A DNA stretch of 64,000 nucleotides from Nitrospirales bacterium (lineage in GTDB: Bacteria; Nitrospirota; Nitrospiria; Nitrospirales; UBA8639). The number at the start of each line of letters is the position of its first letter. Positions within the stretch are counted from its first letter, which is position 1. The notes beneath the pieces were generated by a model that saw only the letters and a program-made list of their open reading frames with translations, had not been told where the DNA came from and ran no database searches. The position numbers and the translations under genes are program-made. Positions 50,072-60,621 of the stretch are shown piece by piece. The stretch spans positions 1,152,001-1,216,000 of the forward strand of contig CBDCWC010000003.1 of the NCBI GenBank assembly GCA_965223295.1, read 5' to 3'.

Positions 50072-52948
50072 TTGAAGAAAACAACCGAGGTGTTAAGGAT
50101 ACGTTTGCCAATATTAATGAAAAACGGAACACCCTTCATGAAAAACTATCCAGAATCTTTACAAACCAGTTTGTTCGTTTTCACTCTCGTAATCTTCGTT
50201 TTCTTGGGCTCCCAATTGGTATTCGGTCAAACGTATGTGACCAGCTCCAGAAGTGAAGATGTTTCAGGTATGTATCGCCAAGCAAAAGAGTCGACGGAGA
50301 CACTTTTAGCTCGATCGAATAGCGACCGCAATGTCGGCGTAGCGAGAGCGCGAAAAGAGATGGTGAAAAAACTCATGGTCCTAGATCGGGCGAAGTTTCA
50401 AAAATTGCTGATCACCCCTCCGGAGAGAAGGGCGCTTTCGTCGGATGTTCGGGCTTACGTTGAGCGGCAAGTTCGATGTCGTGGAAAACTGATGGTTGCA
50501 AGGGGCGAACGAAGTCGGGATTCTTCGGGAGTGCTCACCGAGGCAGCAATCGAATATCAATTGCTTTCAGAAGGCGAGGCAGCGGTTTCAAGCTGTGGAA
50601 AGAAAAACCGACTTCTATTTGACCACGATCCTCATCTCTCAGCAGGAGCATCGGTGGAGGTTGTAGGTTGGAAAATCGACGACACGATCGCAGCTGCAGC
50701 ACCTGGAAATGGCGAGATTGCAACAGATCAGACCATCCGTTCAGCGAGCAGGAATTTGAATGCGATGGCCAGTGTTGTGACAGCAACTCCGCTTAGCGCA
50801 TTTTATAATACAAAGGGTGAAAGAACGGTCGCAGTATTTTTGGTGAATTTTTCAGAGGAAGTGGAGCCGTGGACCACACAAGAAGTGCACGACCGTGTCT
50901 TTACTGACGTGAATCAGTTTTTCTTGGAAAACTCATACCAACAGATGTGGCTAACTGGAGATGTCTTCGGTTGGTATACCGTCAGCGGTAATCCCAGTAG
51001 CTCGCTCACGGCGTGTAAAAGTCAGAGTATTTCGGATCAAGTGGACCAGGCTGCAGCGCAAGCGCATCAAGTCGATGTCAGTGACTATGATCATGTGATC
51101 TATGTCTTCCCTCCTGAAATTTCAGCCTGCAAGGGGAAACCTTGGGCTGATATTTCTGGATACAAGGTCTGGCTTAGTCGAGGAATTAGCGTCTTCGACA
51201 TTGCTCACGAGATGACACACAATATTGGGTCTCGACATTCGTATTCCCTTACGTGTGAGGACGATTCTACGATGCACGGTACAGGGAGCATTCTCAATAG
51301 TCACCAATGCGGTCGGAAAGAATATGGCGATATGCTTGATACGATGGGAGGAGTAGATGGGACGACCGGGCTTCCTCATTTGCAAGTGAAGTTTGGTGAA
51401 CCGCACTTCAATGCTATTCAGAAAGATCGTCTAGGCTGGTTGGGGCGAGGAGCAAGCCCTGAGATACTCCATGTCTCTACTTCGGGTGAATACACGATTG
51501 AAGCCTATGAAACACCAGGAAAAGCACCTAAAGCACTCAAGTTTCAGAGACCAGGTGAAAATTCCTATTTTTATGTAGAGCATCGAACTCAAACAGGTTT
51601 TGATACTCCAATCAATGATGATGAACACAATGGAGTGCTGCTCCATTACGCAGAAGCACGCTACGATGGCAACCATCTGATCGACTTAACCCCAAGTACA
51701 CCAACGGTGCGAGATGCCTCTCTCCTCCCGGGGTCTACGTTTTCGGATCCTCTAACGGGAACGGATATTCACCTTGTCGAATCTACGAGTGCTCAGGCGA
51801 GGATACGAGTCACGTTTAAGCCAATTATTCTCTCTCCAGCTCCCGAATCGGCCATTCCGACTTCGACGGCAACGTTTCAGTGGTCAGAAAACACGGTTTC
51901 GGGTATTCAGAAGTACTGGTTGCGAGTTGGGACGTTAGGTCCAAATAGTAAGAATCTTTATAGTGCCATGACCACAGATTTGTCTGCGACGGTCACCAAC
52001 CTTCCCATTGATGGATCAACAATCTATGTTTCACTGCTCTGGAAGGTCAACGGTTCATGGGATTACGTCAACAGGATTCAGCGCTACGTGTTCACGGCAA
52101 GTGAACCTAAGATTATTTCACCGAAGGAGGGAGACAAGCTGTTAAGCACGACGCAAACCTTTGAGTGGTTAGCTTCAAATGCCGTAGACCAGTGGAAGCT
52201 TGAAGTGGGGACATCCCAAGGCTCGCAAGATGTTTTTGATAGCGGTTCGCTCAATCCTACAAAGTTATCCCAAACGGTTTCGGGTATTCCTCTAGGTGGT
52301 CAATCTGTGTGGGTGCGGTTGAGTTGGTTGGTGGATGGGACTTGGGAGTATCGCGATAGAGAGTACCTCTCCCTGGCCAATCCAGGCATGACCGTTCCTG
52401 CTCCTGAAACAACACTTCCCGAAATGACAACCTTTAAGTGGGCAGGCAATGGTACCAATGTCCAAGAATGGTGGCTTTATGTGGGAACAAGCAAGGGGGC
52501 GAAGGATCTGTTCAACAGTGGGGCCTTGGCCAGTAATGTCTTACAGAAAACCGTCTCACAGCTGCCGACCAATGGCGCGGCTATCTGGGTCCGGCTGTGG
52601 TGGAAAGTTGGGAGTGGCTGGCAGAGTTCCGACCTTCGATATGAAGCCTCCGTCGCATTCACCCAAGCGCCTCCAGCCCTGACTCATCCGGAAGAGGGTA
52701 CACCACTTTCCGGGGCTACCGAGACCTTTAAGTGGGTAGGCAATGGTACCAACGTCCAAGAATGGTGGCTTTATGTGGGAACAAGCAAGGGGGCGAAGGA
52801 TCTGTTCAACAGTGGGGCCTTGGCCAGTAATGTCTTACAGAAAACCGTCTCACAGCTGCCGACCAATGGCGCGGCCATCTGGGTCCGGCTGTGGTGGAAG
52901 GTTGGCAGTACGTGGAACAACAAAGACTTTTCTTATGTTGCCTCCTAA
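50072..52948 (+). CDS. Exported metzincin-type metalloprotease (M6/M11-like) with four C-terminal Trp-rich repeat modules
   Basis: HEMTHNIGSRH (HExxHxxGxxH), EYGDMLDTMG Met-turn; signal peptide after MKNYP (real start probably about 50138). Confidence 0.8.
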   Translation: MKKTTEVLRIRLPILMKNGTPFMKNYPESLQTSLFVFTLVIFVFLGSQLVFGQTYVTSSRSEDVSGMYRQAKESTETLLARSNSDRNVGVARARKEMVKKLMVLDRAKFQKLLITPPERRALSSDVRAYVERQVRCRGKLMVARGERSRDSSGVLTEAAIEYQLLSEGEAAVSSCGKKNRLLFDHDPHLSAGASVEVVGWKIDDTIAAAAPGNGEIATDQTIRSASRNLNAMASVVTATPLSAFYNTKGERTVAVFLVNFSEEVEPWTTQEVHDRVFTDVNQFFLENSYQQMWLTGDVFGWYTVSGNPSSSLTACKSQSISDQVDQAAAQAHQVDVSDYDHVIYVFPPEISACKGKPWADISGYKVWLSRGISVFDIAHEMTHNIGSRHSYSLTCEDDSTMHGTGSILNSHQCGRKEYGDMLDTMGGVDGTTGLPHLQVKFGEPHFNAIQKDRLGWLGRGASPEILHVSTSGEYTIEAYETPGKAPKALKFQRPGENSYFYVEHRTQTGFDTPINDDEHNGVLLHYAEARYDGNHLIDLTPSTPTVRDASLLPGSTFSDPLTGTDIHLVESTSAQARIRVTFKPIILSPAPESAIPTSTATFQWSENTVSGIQKYWLRVGTLGPNSKNLYSAMTTDLSATVTNLPIDGSTIYVSLLWKVNGSWDYVNRIQRYVFTASEPKIISPKEGDKLLSTTQTFEWLASNAVDQWKLEVGTSQGSQDVFDSGSLNPTKLSQTVSGIPLGGQSVWVRLSWLVDGTWEYRDREYLSLANPGMTVPAPETTLPEMTTFKWAGNGTNVQEWWLYVGTSKGAKDLFNSGALASNVLQKTVSQLPTNGAAIWVRLWWKVGSGWQSSDLRYEASVAFTQAPPALTHPEEGTPLSGATETFKWVGNGTNVQEWWLYVGTSKGAKDLFNSGALASNVLQKTVSQLPTNGAAIWVRLWWKVGSTWNNKDFSYVAS
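52430..52909. repeat. Near-identical internal duplication, 294-bp period
   Basis: 52430-52615 matches 52724-52909 with few substitutions. Confidence 0.9.
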
Positions 52949-53121
52949 GGGGCTTCTGCAGTCTTTTCTCCAGATTGTATGGCATCTGGGAATAGGAGAT
53001 TCAAAAGGCTTTTTGCCCGGGTGGGAAAGTATTAAAAACCCAAGACGGGTTGATTTACAGACTCTCCCGGCTGTACTCAAGGTAGACGGACATAGGTATG
53101 TGGTTCACTGTACAGCATCCA

Positions 53122-54016
53122 TTATCGTTGAGAGTTCTCCTTTATGTGTATGGGAAGTCTCCCCCTAACTAGGTGCACCAAATATGGCGTGGTTGCCTGA
53201 AAGATGTGTTTAGAACTTTCAGGGGTCCTTCCTTCTAGAATATCAAACCAAGTTCCATGATTATGGTTTACATTTGCTCCATGTTGGATCAGGATTTTTG
53301 CCACCTCGAGCGTGTTTCTTTTTGAACGAAAAGAGACGAATAATGGCGTTCCCCACGTTTTGCCCTTTCGGTTGCTCCAATATTCAAAATTGACGTCAGC
53401 TCCGTTTTCAAGCAAACCACTGACGACATTTGGCAATCCTTCATGTACTGCATGGTACAACAACATATTCCGTTCATTTGTGGTCGAGAATGGAACATGA
53501 CGGAATTCTTTGTGGGGCTCCGAAATGAAAGGGAATAGGATGATTGCAAGGATGATGGTTAGGGGGAAGGTTAGAGTATACAAGATGTATCCGGGAACCG
53601 TTTGAAAATTGGAGGCAAACGATTTATGCATGAAAAATGAGACGAAGGCGTAGACAGGGGTCCAGAAGAAGAGAAGGGCAAGTAGAAATGATAAAAGATA
53701 GGCGCTAGATAAAAACACTTTGAAGGAAAAAAGCGCTATCCATAGAGAGTAGTTACTGAGCGAGTCGATGAGAGAAATTAAAGTTGCTTCTCGTGCTACT
53801 TGGGCAAAACTATTAAGGAGCGGATGTGAGGTAAAAAAACGCGAAGGTAAAAATCATAACTTCGCCAGCTAGGATACAAAAGAAGAGATTTCTGTCGAAC
53901 TGGATCTCTTTTGGTTTCTTCCAATAAGTGATAAGGAATTTGGGGATTCCGGCGATAAGTGCCATGAAAAGAGACGGTAAAATAAATAAGACAAGCAGAA
54001 ATGCGTCGTTGCTCAT
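53122..54016 (-). pseudogene. Frameshifted membrane protein with C-terminal ankyrin repeats
   Basis: ORFs 53813-54085 and 53122-53718 join if one base is removed from the A7 run at 53833-53839; LLENGADVN, GTPLF, LIQHGANVN. Confidence 0.6.
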
Positions 54017-54351
54017 GAGTGTTGACTGAGGGCACCTAGTTTTTCTTGCTGAGAATATGGTGAACGGGAAAAGGTTCTTGATCATCGTGGGTATAGAATA
54101 TTCAGGTGGATATTCTCTCGTGTTTTCGGATTTTTGATTTGGGATCTTGAAACCAAAGCCAGTACGGTCAACTTCTTACCAGATAATCTGCCCAGCCTCA
54201 TGACCTCTTCTTTAGTCTTTTATTGCTCCCTTTATTCAAACTCCATATGCGAGGACAGCTATTCAGTGACTATGTTAGGCCGTTTAAAATGTGGTACTTT
54301 AACTGTTTGAAGAGATAGGTTTTCGGTGCAGGAGAAAGTAGGAAGTTTTGC

Positions 54352-56214
54352 ATGAGCAGTGAATTTCACATCGTGGTTGTCGGTGGTGGACATGCGGGTT
54401 GCGAAGCGGCTTTGGCTGCGGCGCGGATGGGTTGTCAGGTGGTCCTGTTAACTATCGACCCTCAAAAAATAGCGTCGATGCCCTGCAATCCCGCAGTAGG
54501 GGGAATTGGTAAAGGGCATTTGGTGAAAGAAATCGATGCTCTAGGCGGGGAAATGGGCGTGAACACAGATAAGGCTGGCATTCAATTCCGGATAATCAAT
54601 ACTCGAAAAGGACCAGCTGTTCGAGCGACGAGAGTGCAATGTGACAAGGATCTCTATGCGGTCAAAATGCAGGAGTCATTGACCAGACAAGAAAATTTGA
54701 CCATTGTGCCGGGCACAGTGGATCGGATTCTGACGCACAATGGGGTGGTCACTGGCGTGCGGACAAGTACTGGGGAAACCATGGCCACTCGAGCCGTCGT
54801 GCTGACATCTGGAACGTTTCTGAAAGGTCTTATGCACATCGGCCTGACGCACCTTCCCGGAGGCCGTGCGGGTGAACCCTCGGCAGAACAATTGTCAGAT
54901 TGCATGTTGGACTTTGGTTTTGAAGTTGGACGATTAAAAACGGGAACACCTCCTCGACTTGATCGTGACTCTATCAATTTTAATGTGATGGGGCGACAGC
55001 CTGGGGATTCTGCGCCTCGTCCATTTTCCTTTAAAACGGAACATATTTCCAATCCTCAAATTGATTGCCATATGACCGCGACGACTGAGCAGGCGCATGA
55101 GATTATTAGGAACAATCTGGACCGCTCACCCATGTATTGTGGAATGATCGAATCCACTGGACCACGGTACTGTCCGTCCATTGAAGACAAAGTGGTGCGA
55201 TTTGCCGATAAGGCCAGCCATCAAATTTTTATGGAACCGGAGGTGTTAGGTGGAAGGTCGTATTACCCCAATGGCATTTCCACCAGCTTGCCGATTGATG
55301 TGCAACAAGCGTTTGTTAAAGCCATACCTGGGCTGGAACATGCGGTTTTTCTGAGGCCGGGGTATGCCGTGGAATATGATTATTTCCCTCCCCACCAGCT
55401 TCATGAAACTTTAGAAACCAAACTCGTCAACGGATTGTTTCACGCTGGTCAGATCAACGGCACTTCGGGGTATGAGGAAGCCGCAGCCCAGGGGATGATG
55501 GCTGGAATCAATGCCGCCCTTCGCGCAAAAGGCGAGGCACCACTCATTTTGGATCGGTCCCAGGCCTACATGGGTGTCCTAATTGATGATCTCATTACCA
55601 AAGACGCGCGTGAGCCCTACCGCATGTTCACGTCGAGAGCGGAATATCGGTTGCTCCTTCGTGAAGATAACGCTGACTACCGGCTCAAAGATATCGGCCA
55701 TCGCTTGGGACTCATTTCTCAGGAAGAATACGACGCGTTCCAACGTAAGTGGGACACCATAGAGAAAGAGCTTCAGCGGCTAGGGAGCATCCATACCAAA
55801 ATTCCTGAGTTGGAACGCCAGACAACTATTACCTTCGATGGCCCAGCGATTAGCACATCGCTTCTGCAACTGCTTCGCAGGCCGGAACTCTCCTACGAAG
55901 ACCTGCATCCCTTTTTGGATGGGAAACAGGAAACGGATGTCGAGATTACCGAAGCCGTAGAGATTGCCGTGAAATATGAGGGCTATATCAAACGACAAGA
56001 GCAAGTGATTGAACAGTTTAAAAAATTAGAACATCGGCGAGTGCCGGAGAATTTTGATTTTCAGAGCATCCGAGGATTCTCCAACGAAGTGGCCGAAAAA
56101 CTCACGAAAGTCCGTCCTTCCTCGGTCGGGCAAGCCTCCCGAATTTCTGGCGTGACGCCAGCCGCCATTTCCCTCCTACTCGTTGCACTTGAACGCCACA
56201 AAAAAGCGAGCTAA
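54352..56214 (+). CDS. mnmG: tRNA uridine 5-carboxymethylaminomethyl modification enzyme (GidA)
   Basis: [51 protein letters not shown]. Confidence 0.98.
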   Translation: MSSEFHIVVVGGGHAGCEAALAAARMGCQVVLLTIDPQKIASMPCNPAVGGIGKGHLVKEIDALGGEMGVNTDKAGIQFRIINTRKGPAVRATRVQCDKDLYAVKMQESLTRQENLTIVPGTVDRILTHNGVVTGVRTSTGETMATRAVVLTSGTFLKGLMHIGLTHLPGGRAGEPSAEQLSDCMLDFGFEVGRLKTGTPPRLDRDSINFNVMGRQPGDSAPRPFSFKTEHISNPQIDCHMTATTEQAHEIIRNNLDRSPMYCGMIESTGPRYCPSIEDKVVRFADKASHQIFMEPEVLGGRSYYPNGISTSLPIDVQQAFVKAIPGLEHAVFLRPGYAVEYDYFPPHQLHETLETKLVNGLFHAGQINGTSGYEEAAAQGMMAGINAALRAKGEAPLILDRSQAYMGVLIDDLITKDAREPYRMFTSRAEYRLLLREDNADYRLKDIGHRLGLISQEEYDAFQRKWDTIEKELQRLGSIHTKIPELERQTTITFDGPAISTSLLQLLRRPELSYEDLHPFLDGKQETDVEITEAVEIAVKYEGYIKRQEQVIEQFKKLEHRRVPENFDFQSIRGFSNEVAEKLTKVRPSSVGQASRISGVTPAAISLLLVALERHKKAS

Positions 56215-56408
56215 GTATTTTCGTTTGTCGTATCGGTTTTACCTGAAAAGATGCTGTAAGCAACGCCCCACTTTCAGTTGTTGAAGACTTTCCTACTTCT
56301 CATTGTCCCTCAAGCAAATTTTCAGGAGACCAATCGTTTTCGACCATTGGTCTTATAGTTTATAACAAAATTTTCACAAGCTGTTGTCCTTACCTGAGAT
56401 TGCGGATA

Positions 56409-56945
56409 TTAGCCTTTTTGATAGACGCCTATTTGGTGACAATCGACGGGTGGAAAGTCTCTAGGAGCTGCTTTGATCCGTTGCGCGTGAGCGTCCGTCT
56501 CGGCGGTGACGCACACACGATAGAGTCCTGGGTTTTTCAGCCCTGGGCACTTTGTTTCTAATACTCCTGGGCGAATTTGCTTGGTTGACTGGTTCAAGAA
56601 ATTAAATGGACAGAAGGCGTCAGCTACACGATCTTTAGGTAATCCATTTCCATTGATCTCCTGAAAGTAGGCATGGATATGACCTTGCAGGTCTATCTGC
56701 CCAATGGTGGCATATTCTTTTTGGGGATCAGTTGCACAATCTGGACAATAGCGAAATTCTCTTGAAAAGCGAACGCGAACGGTAATTTCCTTTCCTGTTG
56801 GGATTGAGTGTTGTGGGGACAGCAATCTGACCTGAGGTGTTATAGAATCGATTTCACCACCTGAGAAAGACTCTGCAGCTGAGACAGATAAGGCAATGGC
56901 AGTAGTAAGCAATGACGACGTGAACGCGATAAATGTTTTATTCAT
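56409..56945 (-). CDS. Secreted Cys/His-containing hypothetical protein
   Basis: Signal peptide, CPDC, GHIHAY, six Cys; AGAGGA RBS. Confidence 0.7.
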   Translation of the reverse strand: MNKTFIAFTSSLLTTAIALSVSAAESFSGGEIDSITPQVRLLSPQHSIPTGKEITVRVRFSREFRYCPDCATDPQKEYATIGQIDLQGHIHAYFQEINGNGLPKDRVADAFCPFNFLNQSTKQIRPGVLETKCPGLKNPGLYRVCVTAETDAHAQRIKAAPRDFPPVDCHQIGVYQKG

Positions 56946-56994
56946 GCAGGTCCTCTCTAAAAAGAAAAAATTTTAAAAAAATGATAATGACCTC

Positions 56995-57020
56995 AAGATG
57001 CACAGGTACCTTCTAATAAA
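56995..57020 (-). repeat. Degenerate copy of the hairpin motif
   Basis: AAGATGCACAGGTACCTTCTAATAAA versus AAGGTGTCAGGAACCTTTTAATAAA at 59718. Confidence 0.4.
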
Positions 57021-57837
57021 TAGTACATTTAACAGAGCACATATTTAGGTGTGTGAGGAAAAAATTGATTGTAGTCGTTTAGCCGGAATTATCTAGCTAG
57101 TGAACCAAAATCCCTTTACCCTAATCAGTTCATGCAATCTTGGGACCGAAAAAATCGGCTGAATACTGGATTCTGGAAGAGACAAGGAAAAGGAAAAAGA
57201 AAATAAATATTAACCATATAAATAGTAGTAGGGCGAACTATTTAAACTCAGGATTCATATAGGATTCTGAGCGTTGGCAAATGAGTGAAAATGTTTTGGT
57301 GAAGAGTGCTGGTCATTCTATGGATGAATTGAGAGTCAGCTATAATACTTAAACACTGTATCCGAATGAATACGCCCACCTATAATATTTGCGATATGAG
57401 TATGAGAATTCACAAGTGTTTAGCACAGTTAGATTGACTCAGAACATTGTTGAAAGTGACGATTGAAGTATGGTTTAACCCTTCGAAGGCGTAGAGAAAC
57501 TTGAAAAAGTGCGTCCCTCCTCCTTGTCGCCCTTGAACGCCACAAAAAGGCCAGTTAAAAATTCCTCTCCTTTTTGTAAGGCACTGTCGAGGCTGAGAAG
57601 ATACTGCCAGCAAACGTGAGGTGGAGTCTTTGCGCTGCAAGAAATCTTGAGCGGGTATGTAGTGAAGACTGTAGGGACGTCATTTTTCTTACTGTTCTGG
57701 TCGTTATTGCATTCTGAGGTGATATCTGGTCGTTCAAGGAAAGGTACATATGAATTAAATGCAACATGCTGCTCCTTTCTTATACGGCCAACCTTTTCTC
57801 TACAAAATCCTAGGCCCTCTTTATAGATGTGGCCTTT

Positions 57838-59535
57838 CTAATTCACGATAGGGGGATCGCCTAAAAGAGGAAAAATCTGCTGAAGGGCAAATTCCGAAAT
57901 TTGATGCTTGCTATGGGTTGAGTCGAGCAACACAGAAAATGTTCCATTTCCTAGAGAGGAAAGATGGTTTATTAATGTGCTTTCGTATGTTTGGTACCCA
58001 ACACCTGACAAACAACAAGCGTCAAATTGGTTAAGTACTTGAAGCTGGAGGCGATTATCTTCGTGCGAACCTAAAATATAGAGATCTAAGTAGGAGGTAA
58101 GCTGGTATAAGTCAGCATAATGCTGCTCCCAGTCTCCAACACCTGTTTGTGCACAGGGGGGCTGCCTTAAGTACAACGGAAGTGTCCCAGCCACCGGAAA
58201 GCTAAATGTTATCTCAGGGTCAATAGCACTATACAAAGTGGTTGTCCACCCACCTCCTGAAACGCCAATCATAGAAACATCAATAAATTGATTCGATTGC
58301 TTGAGGTGATTCAGAGCGATGATAATGGGCTCTAGGAAAAATTTTATTGGATTCAACGTACTGCTGAGTAATTCAGCCATGGTATTGTGGGAATCAGATG
58401 GGCCAGTATTTGATCCATATAATGGCATGTTAAAGAAGACGACGTGGAATCCTCTTTCTAGAAAGGCTCGAATCGTTCTCTCAACTCCGTTTTGATGCAG
58501 ATTACTCGAGTGGCCGTGATGAATGAGTACCAGTCGGCCATTATCAACCTCCGGAATAAAATGAGAGACAATCGATCGAAATCCTAGGTCCATTTCGATT
58601 TCTAGCCTTTCTACCCGGTTTAAATTGCGTAAATTTGAAACAGGAGAAACGACCCCCACTTCTACATTTGTAGGCAAAGTGGTGTTCGGAGGAAAGCTTC
58701 TATTTTTCCAAATAAAGTCGACAAGTTTTTGCCGAACATTGGAAACATCACTTGGCGTGTTTATATGTATGAGGGAGCGAATATTGGTCTCTAGGTAACT
58801 AGGATCAATCTCGGTACGACAGTCGGTCACTCGGCCACCTGTGTAGTTGTAGTCTTCCCAGTTCCAATTCTTTCCGACTTTATACCACAGGCGAAGCCAC
58901 ACGTCGGACCCGTCCGTTGGGAGGTTTGAAATCGTCCGTGAGGTTGTGTCTGCTGGAATCGACCCCGAAGAGAGATAGTTCTTCGTTCCTTTAGTTGAAC
59001 CCACATAGAGCCAGTACTCTTGCACGGCAGTGCCATTACTTGCCCAGGAGACGGTTACACTTGAACTAGAGAGGGTTGACCCGGGAGCCGGGCTCTTGAT
59101 GGCTGGGTTACGGGATCCGGTAGCTTTTTGAGCGGCGTATTGGTAATCACTCGAGTCCCAAGTACCCCCGACTTTATACCACAAGCGAAGCCACACATTG
59201 GACCCGTCCGTTGGGAGGTTTGAAATCGTCCGTGAGGTTGTGTCTGCTGGAATTGACCCCGAAGAGAGATAGTTCTTCGTCCCTTTAGTTGAACCCACAT
59301 AGAGCCAGTACTCTTGCACGGCAGTGCCATTACTTGCCCAGGAGACGGTTACACTTGAACCGGAGAGAGGTGACCCGGGAAGAGGACTTTCAAGAGTGGC
59401 ACCATCACTCAGAGTTGCCCCGAATGAGTTATCCGTGTTTACGACAGTGATTGTGCAAAAAGGGATGAATAGAAAAAGAAAGTATCTCACGGTTAGTCCT
59501 CTTATAAAATTTGGCGTGATGGCATTGATAGACAT
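57838..59535 (-). CDS. Exported alpha/beta-hydrolase with two N-terminal Trp-rich repeat modules
   Basis: LIHHGH, GVSGGG nucleophile elbow, D and H candidates (FDACC, HSKH); modules match those of 50072-52948. Confidence 0.78.
   Translation of the reverse strand: MSINAITPNFIRGLTVRYFLFLFIPFCTITVVNTDNSFGATLSDGATLESPLPGSPLSGSSVTVSWASNGTAVQEYWLYVGSTKGTKNYLSSGSIPADTTSRTISNLPTDGSNVWLRLWYKVGGTWDSSDYQYAAQKATGSRNPAIKSPAPGSTLSSSSVTVSWASNGTAVQEYWLYVGSTKGTKNYLSSGSIPADTTSRTISNLPTDGSDVWLRLWYKVGKNWNWEDYNYTGGRVTDCRTEIDPSYLETNIRSLIHINTPSDVSNVRQKLVDFIWKNRSFPPNTTLPTNVEVGVVSPVSNLRNLNRVERLEIEMDLGFRSIVSHFIPEVDNGRLVLIHHGHSSNLHQNGVERTIRAFLERGFHVVFFNMPLYGSNTGPSDSHNTMAELLSSTLNPIKFFLEPIIIALNHLKQSNQFIDVSMIGVSGGGWTTTLYSAIDPEITFSFPVAGTLPLYLRQPPCAQTGVGDWEQHYADLYQLTSYLDLYILGSHEDNRLQLQVLNQFDACCLSGVGYQTYESTLINHLSSLGNGTFSVLLDSTHSKHQISEFALQQIFPLLGDPPIVN
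58874..59380. repeat. Near-identical internal duplication, 294-bp period
   Basis: 58874-59086 matches 59168-59380. Confidence 0.9.
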
Positions 59536-59713
59536 TTTTCAAATTGTGAATACTATTGGTAAGCACGGGGTCATCGGTTGTCAGATCACCTGTCGACGAT
59601 CAGTGAGCTGTAGAAATGCCTCAAGCTGTTTCCAACGATCATGATTTACTTCGGTTCACTCGAAACAAAAATTAAGGACAAAAAGGAATTCAAATTTTCT
59701 CTCCATAAAGACT

Positions 59714-59736
59714 AATAAAGGTGTCAGGAACCTTTT
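59714..59736 (-). repeat. Best-conserved copy of the hairpin motif
   Basis: AATAAAGGTGTCAGGAACCTTTT; reverse complement shares GTTCCTGACACCTTTATT with 13247-13264. Confidence 0.7.
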
Positions 59737-59849
59737 AATAAAGATATGTTACTTTGTTCGGATTTGATATTGATGACTTATATGGGCAGCATTTTTGTTA
59801 ATATGTTTTTATGATTTACGTATATCGCCAATTGCTTTATTCTAGACCC

Positions 59850-60128
59850 ACGATTAAAAGTTTTGCTGACAAGGGTACAGACAAATTCTCTTATGCAGAA
59901 CAAGGGAAGTAATTTTTACGTTCTAAAGAGGCTGTAAGACGTGAGTTAGTAATAGTTTGATGGTGGAGAAAGGTTAGCTGATCTATTGGGTCAACCAGCA
60001 AATCATTTGGAGCAACTAGGTGGAGATCGTAAAGGGCAGTGCAGTATCATGATTGGTGATCAATAGGAATTTATTTTTATTGTCGAAATGATTGTTTGCG
60101 TGATGTGGACATAACCGATATTTATTAG
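59850..60128 (+). pseudogene. higB: Decayed HigB toxin
   Basis: (ACG)IKSFADKGTDKF ... EQLGGDRKGQCSIMIGDQ* ... DVDITD; start codon lost, internal stop and frameshifts. Confidence 0.75.
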
Positions 60129-60138
60129 GAGGCTTGTA

Positions 60139-60478
60139 ATGATTCAGAATAAGATGAAGATGAGGCCTACGTACACAGGTGAAATTCTTGAGGACGAATT
60201 TTTGAGTTACCTCTAAAGCTTACCGGTTTAACAGTATCATCTTTGGCCAACGTGATTGGTGTACCACCAACCGAATTACTGCAATTATTAAGGGTCAGCG
60301 AGTAATTTCAGGATATTCAGGATATACTGCAGTGAGGTTGAATGAGTTATTGTTGGACAGCGCAAAATTTTGGATGAATCTTCAGGCTTCTTTATGATCT
60401 TCGAATAGCTGAAGATGCTTTTGGTAGCTAGGCTTTAAAGCAAATACATAAGCAGCGTGTAGTCTTGGCATCACATTA
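60139..60478 (+). pseudogene. higA: Decayed HigA antitoxin
   Basis: GGAGG then MIQNKMKMRPTYTGEILEDEFL ... SLANVIGVP ... RITAIIKGQRVISG ... SAKFWMNLQ ... YDLRIAE across several frameshifts; 3' end approximate. Confidence 0.8.
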
Positions 60479-60605
60479 AGAAGGTTTGAGATGTATAAAA
60501 AATATAAGAGAATTAGTTAATATCTTAGTCGGCCTTTAGTTATCCAGACGGGGATAGTACACCAACTTTTCTAATTTTAGCATCTTAATTTATAGAAGTG
60601 GGATC

Positions 60606-60621
60606 TGTTCCACGTGGAACA
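60606..60621. promoter_or_regulatory. parS centromere-like site
   Basis: Perfect palindrome TGTTCCACGTGGAACA. Confidence 0.92.

Noticed and set aside
52906-52919. ACGTGGAACA half-match as an extra parS (also near 3812 and 9200)
   Set aside because: Only one half-site matches and all lie inside coding sequence
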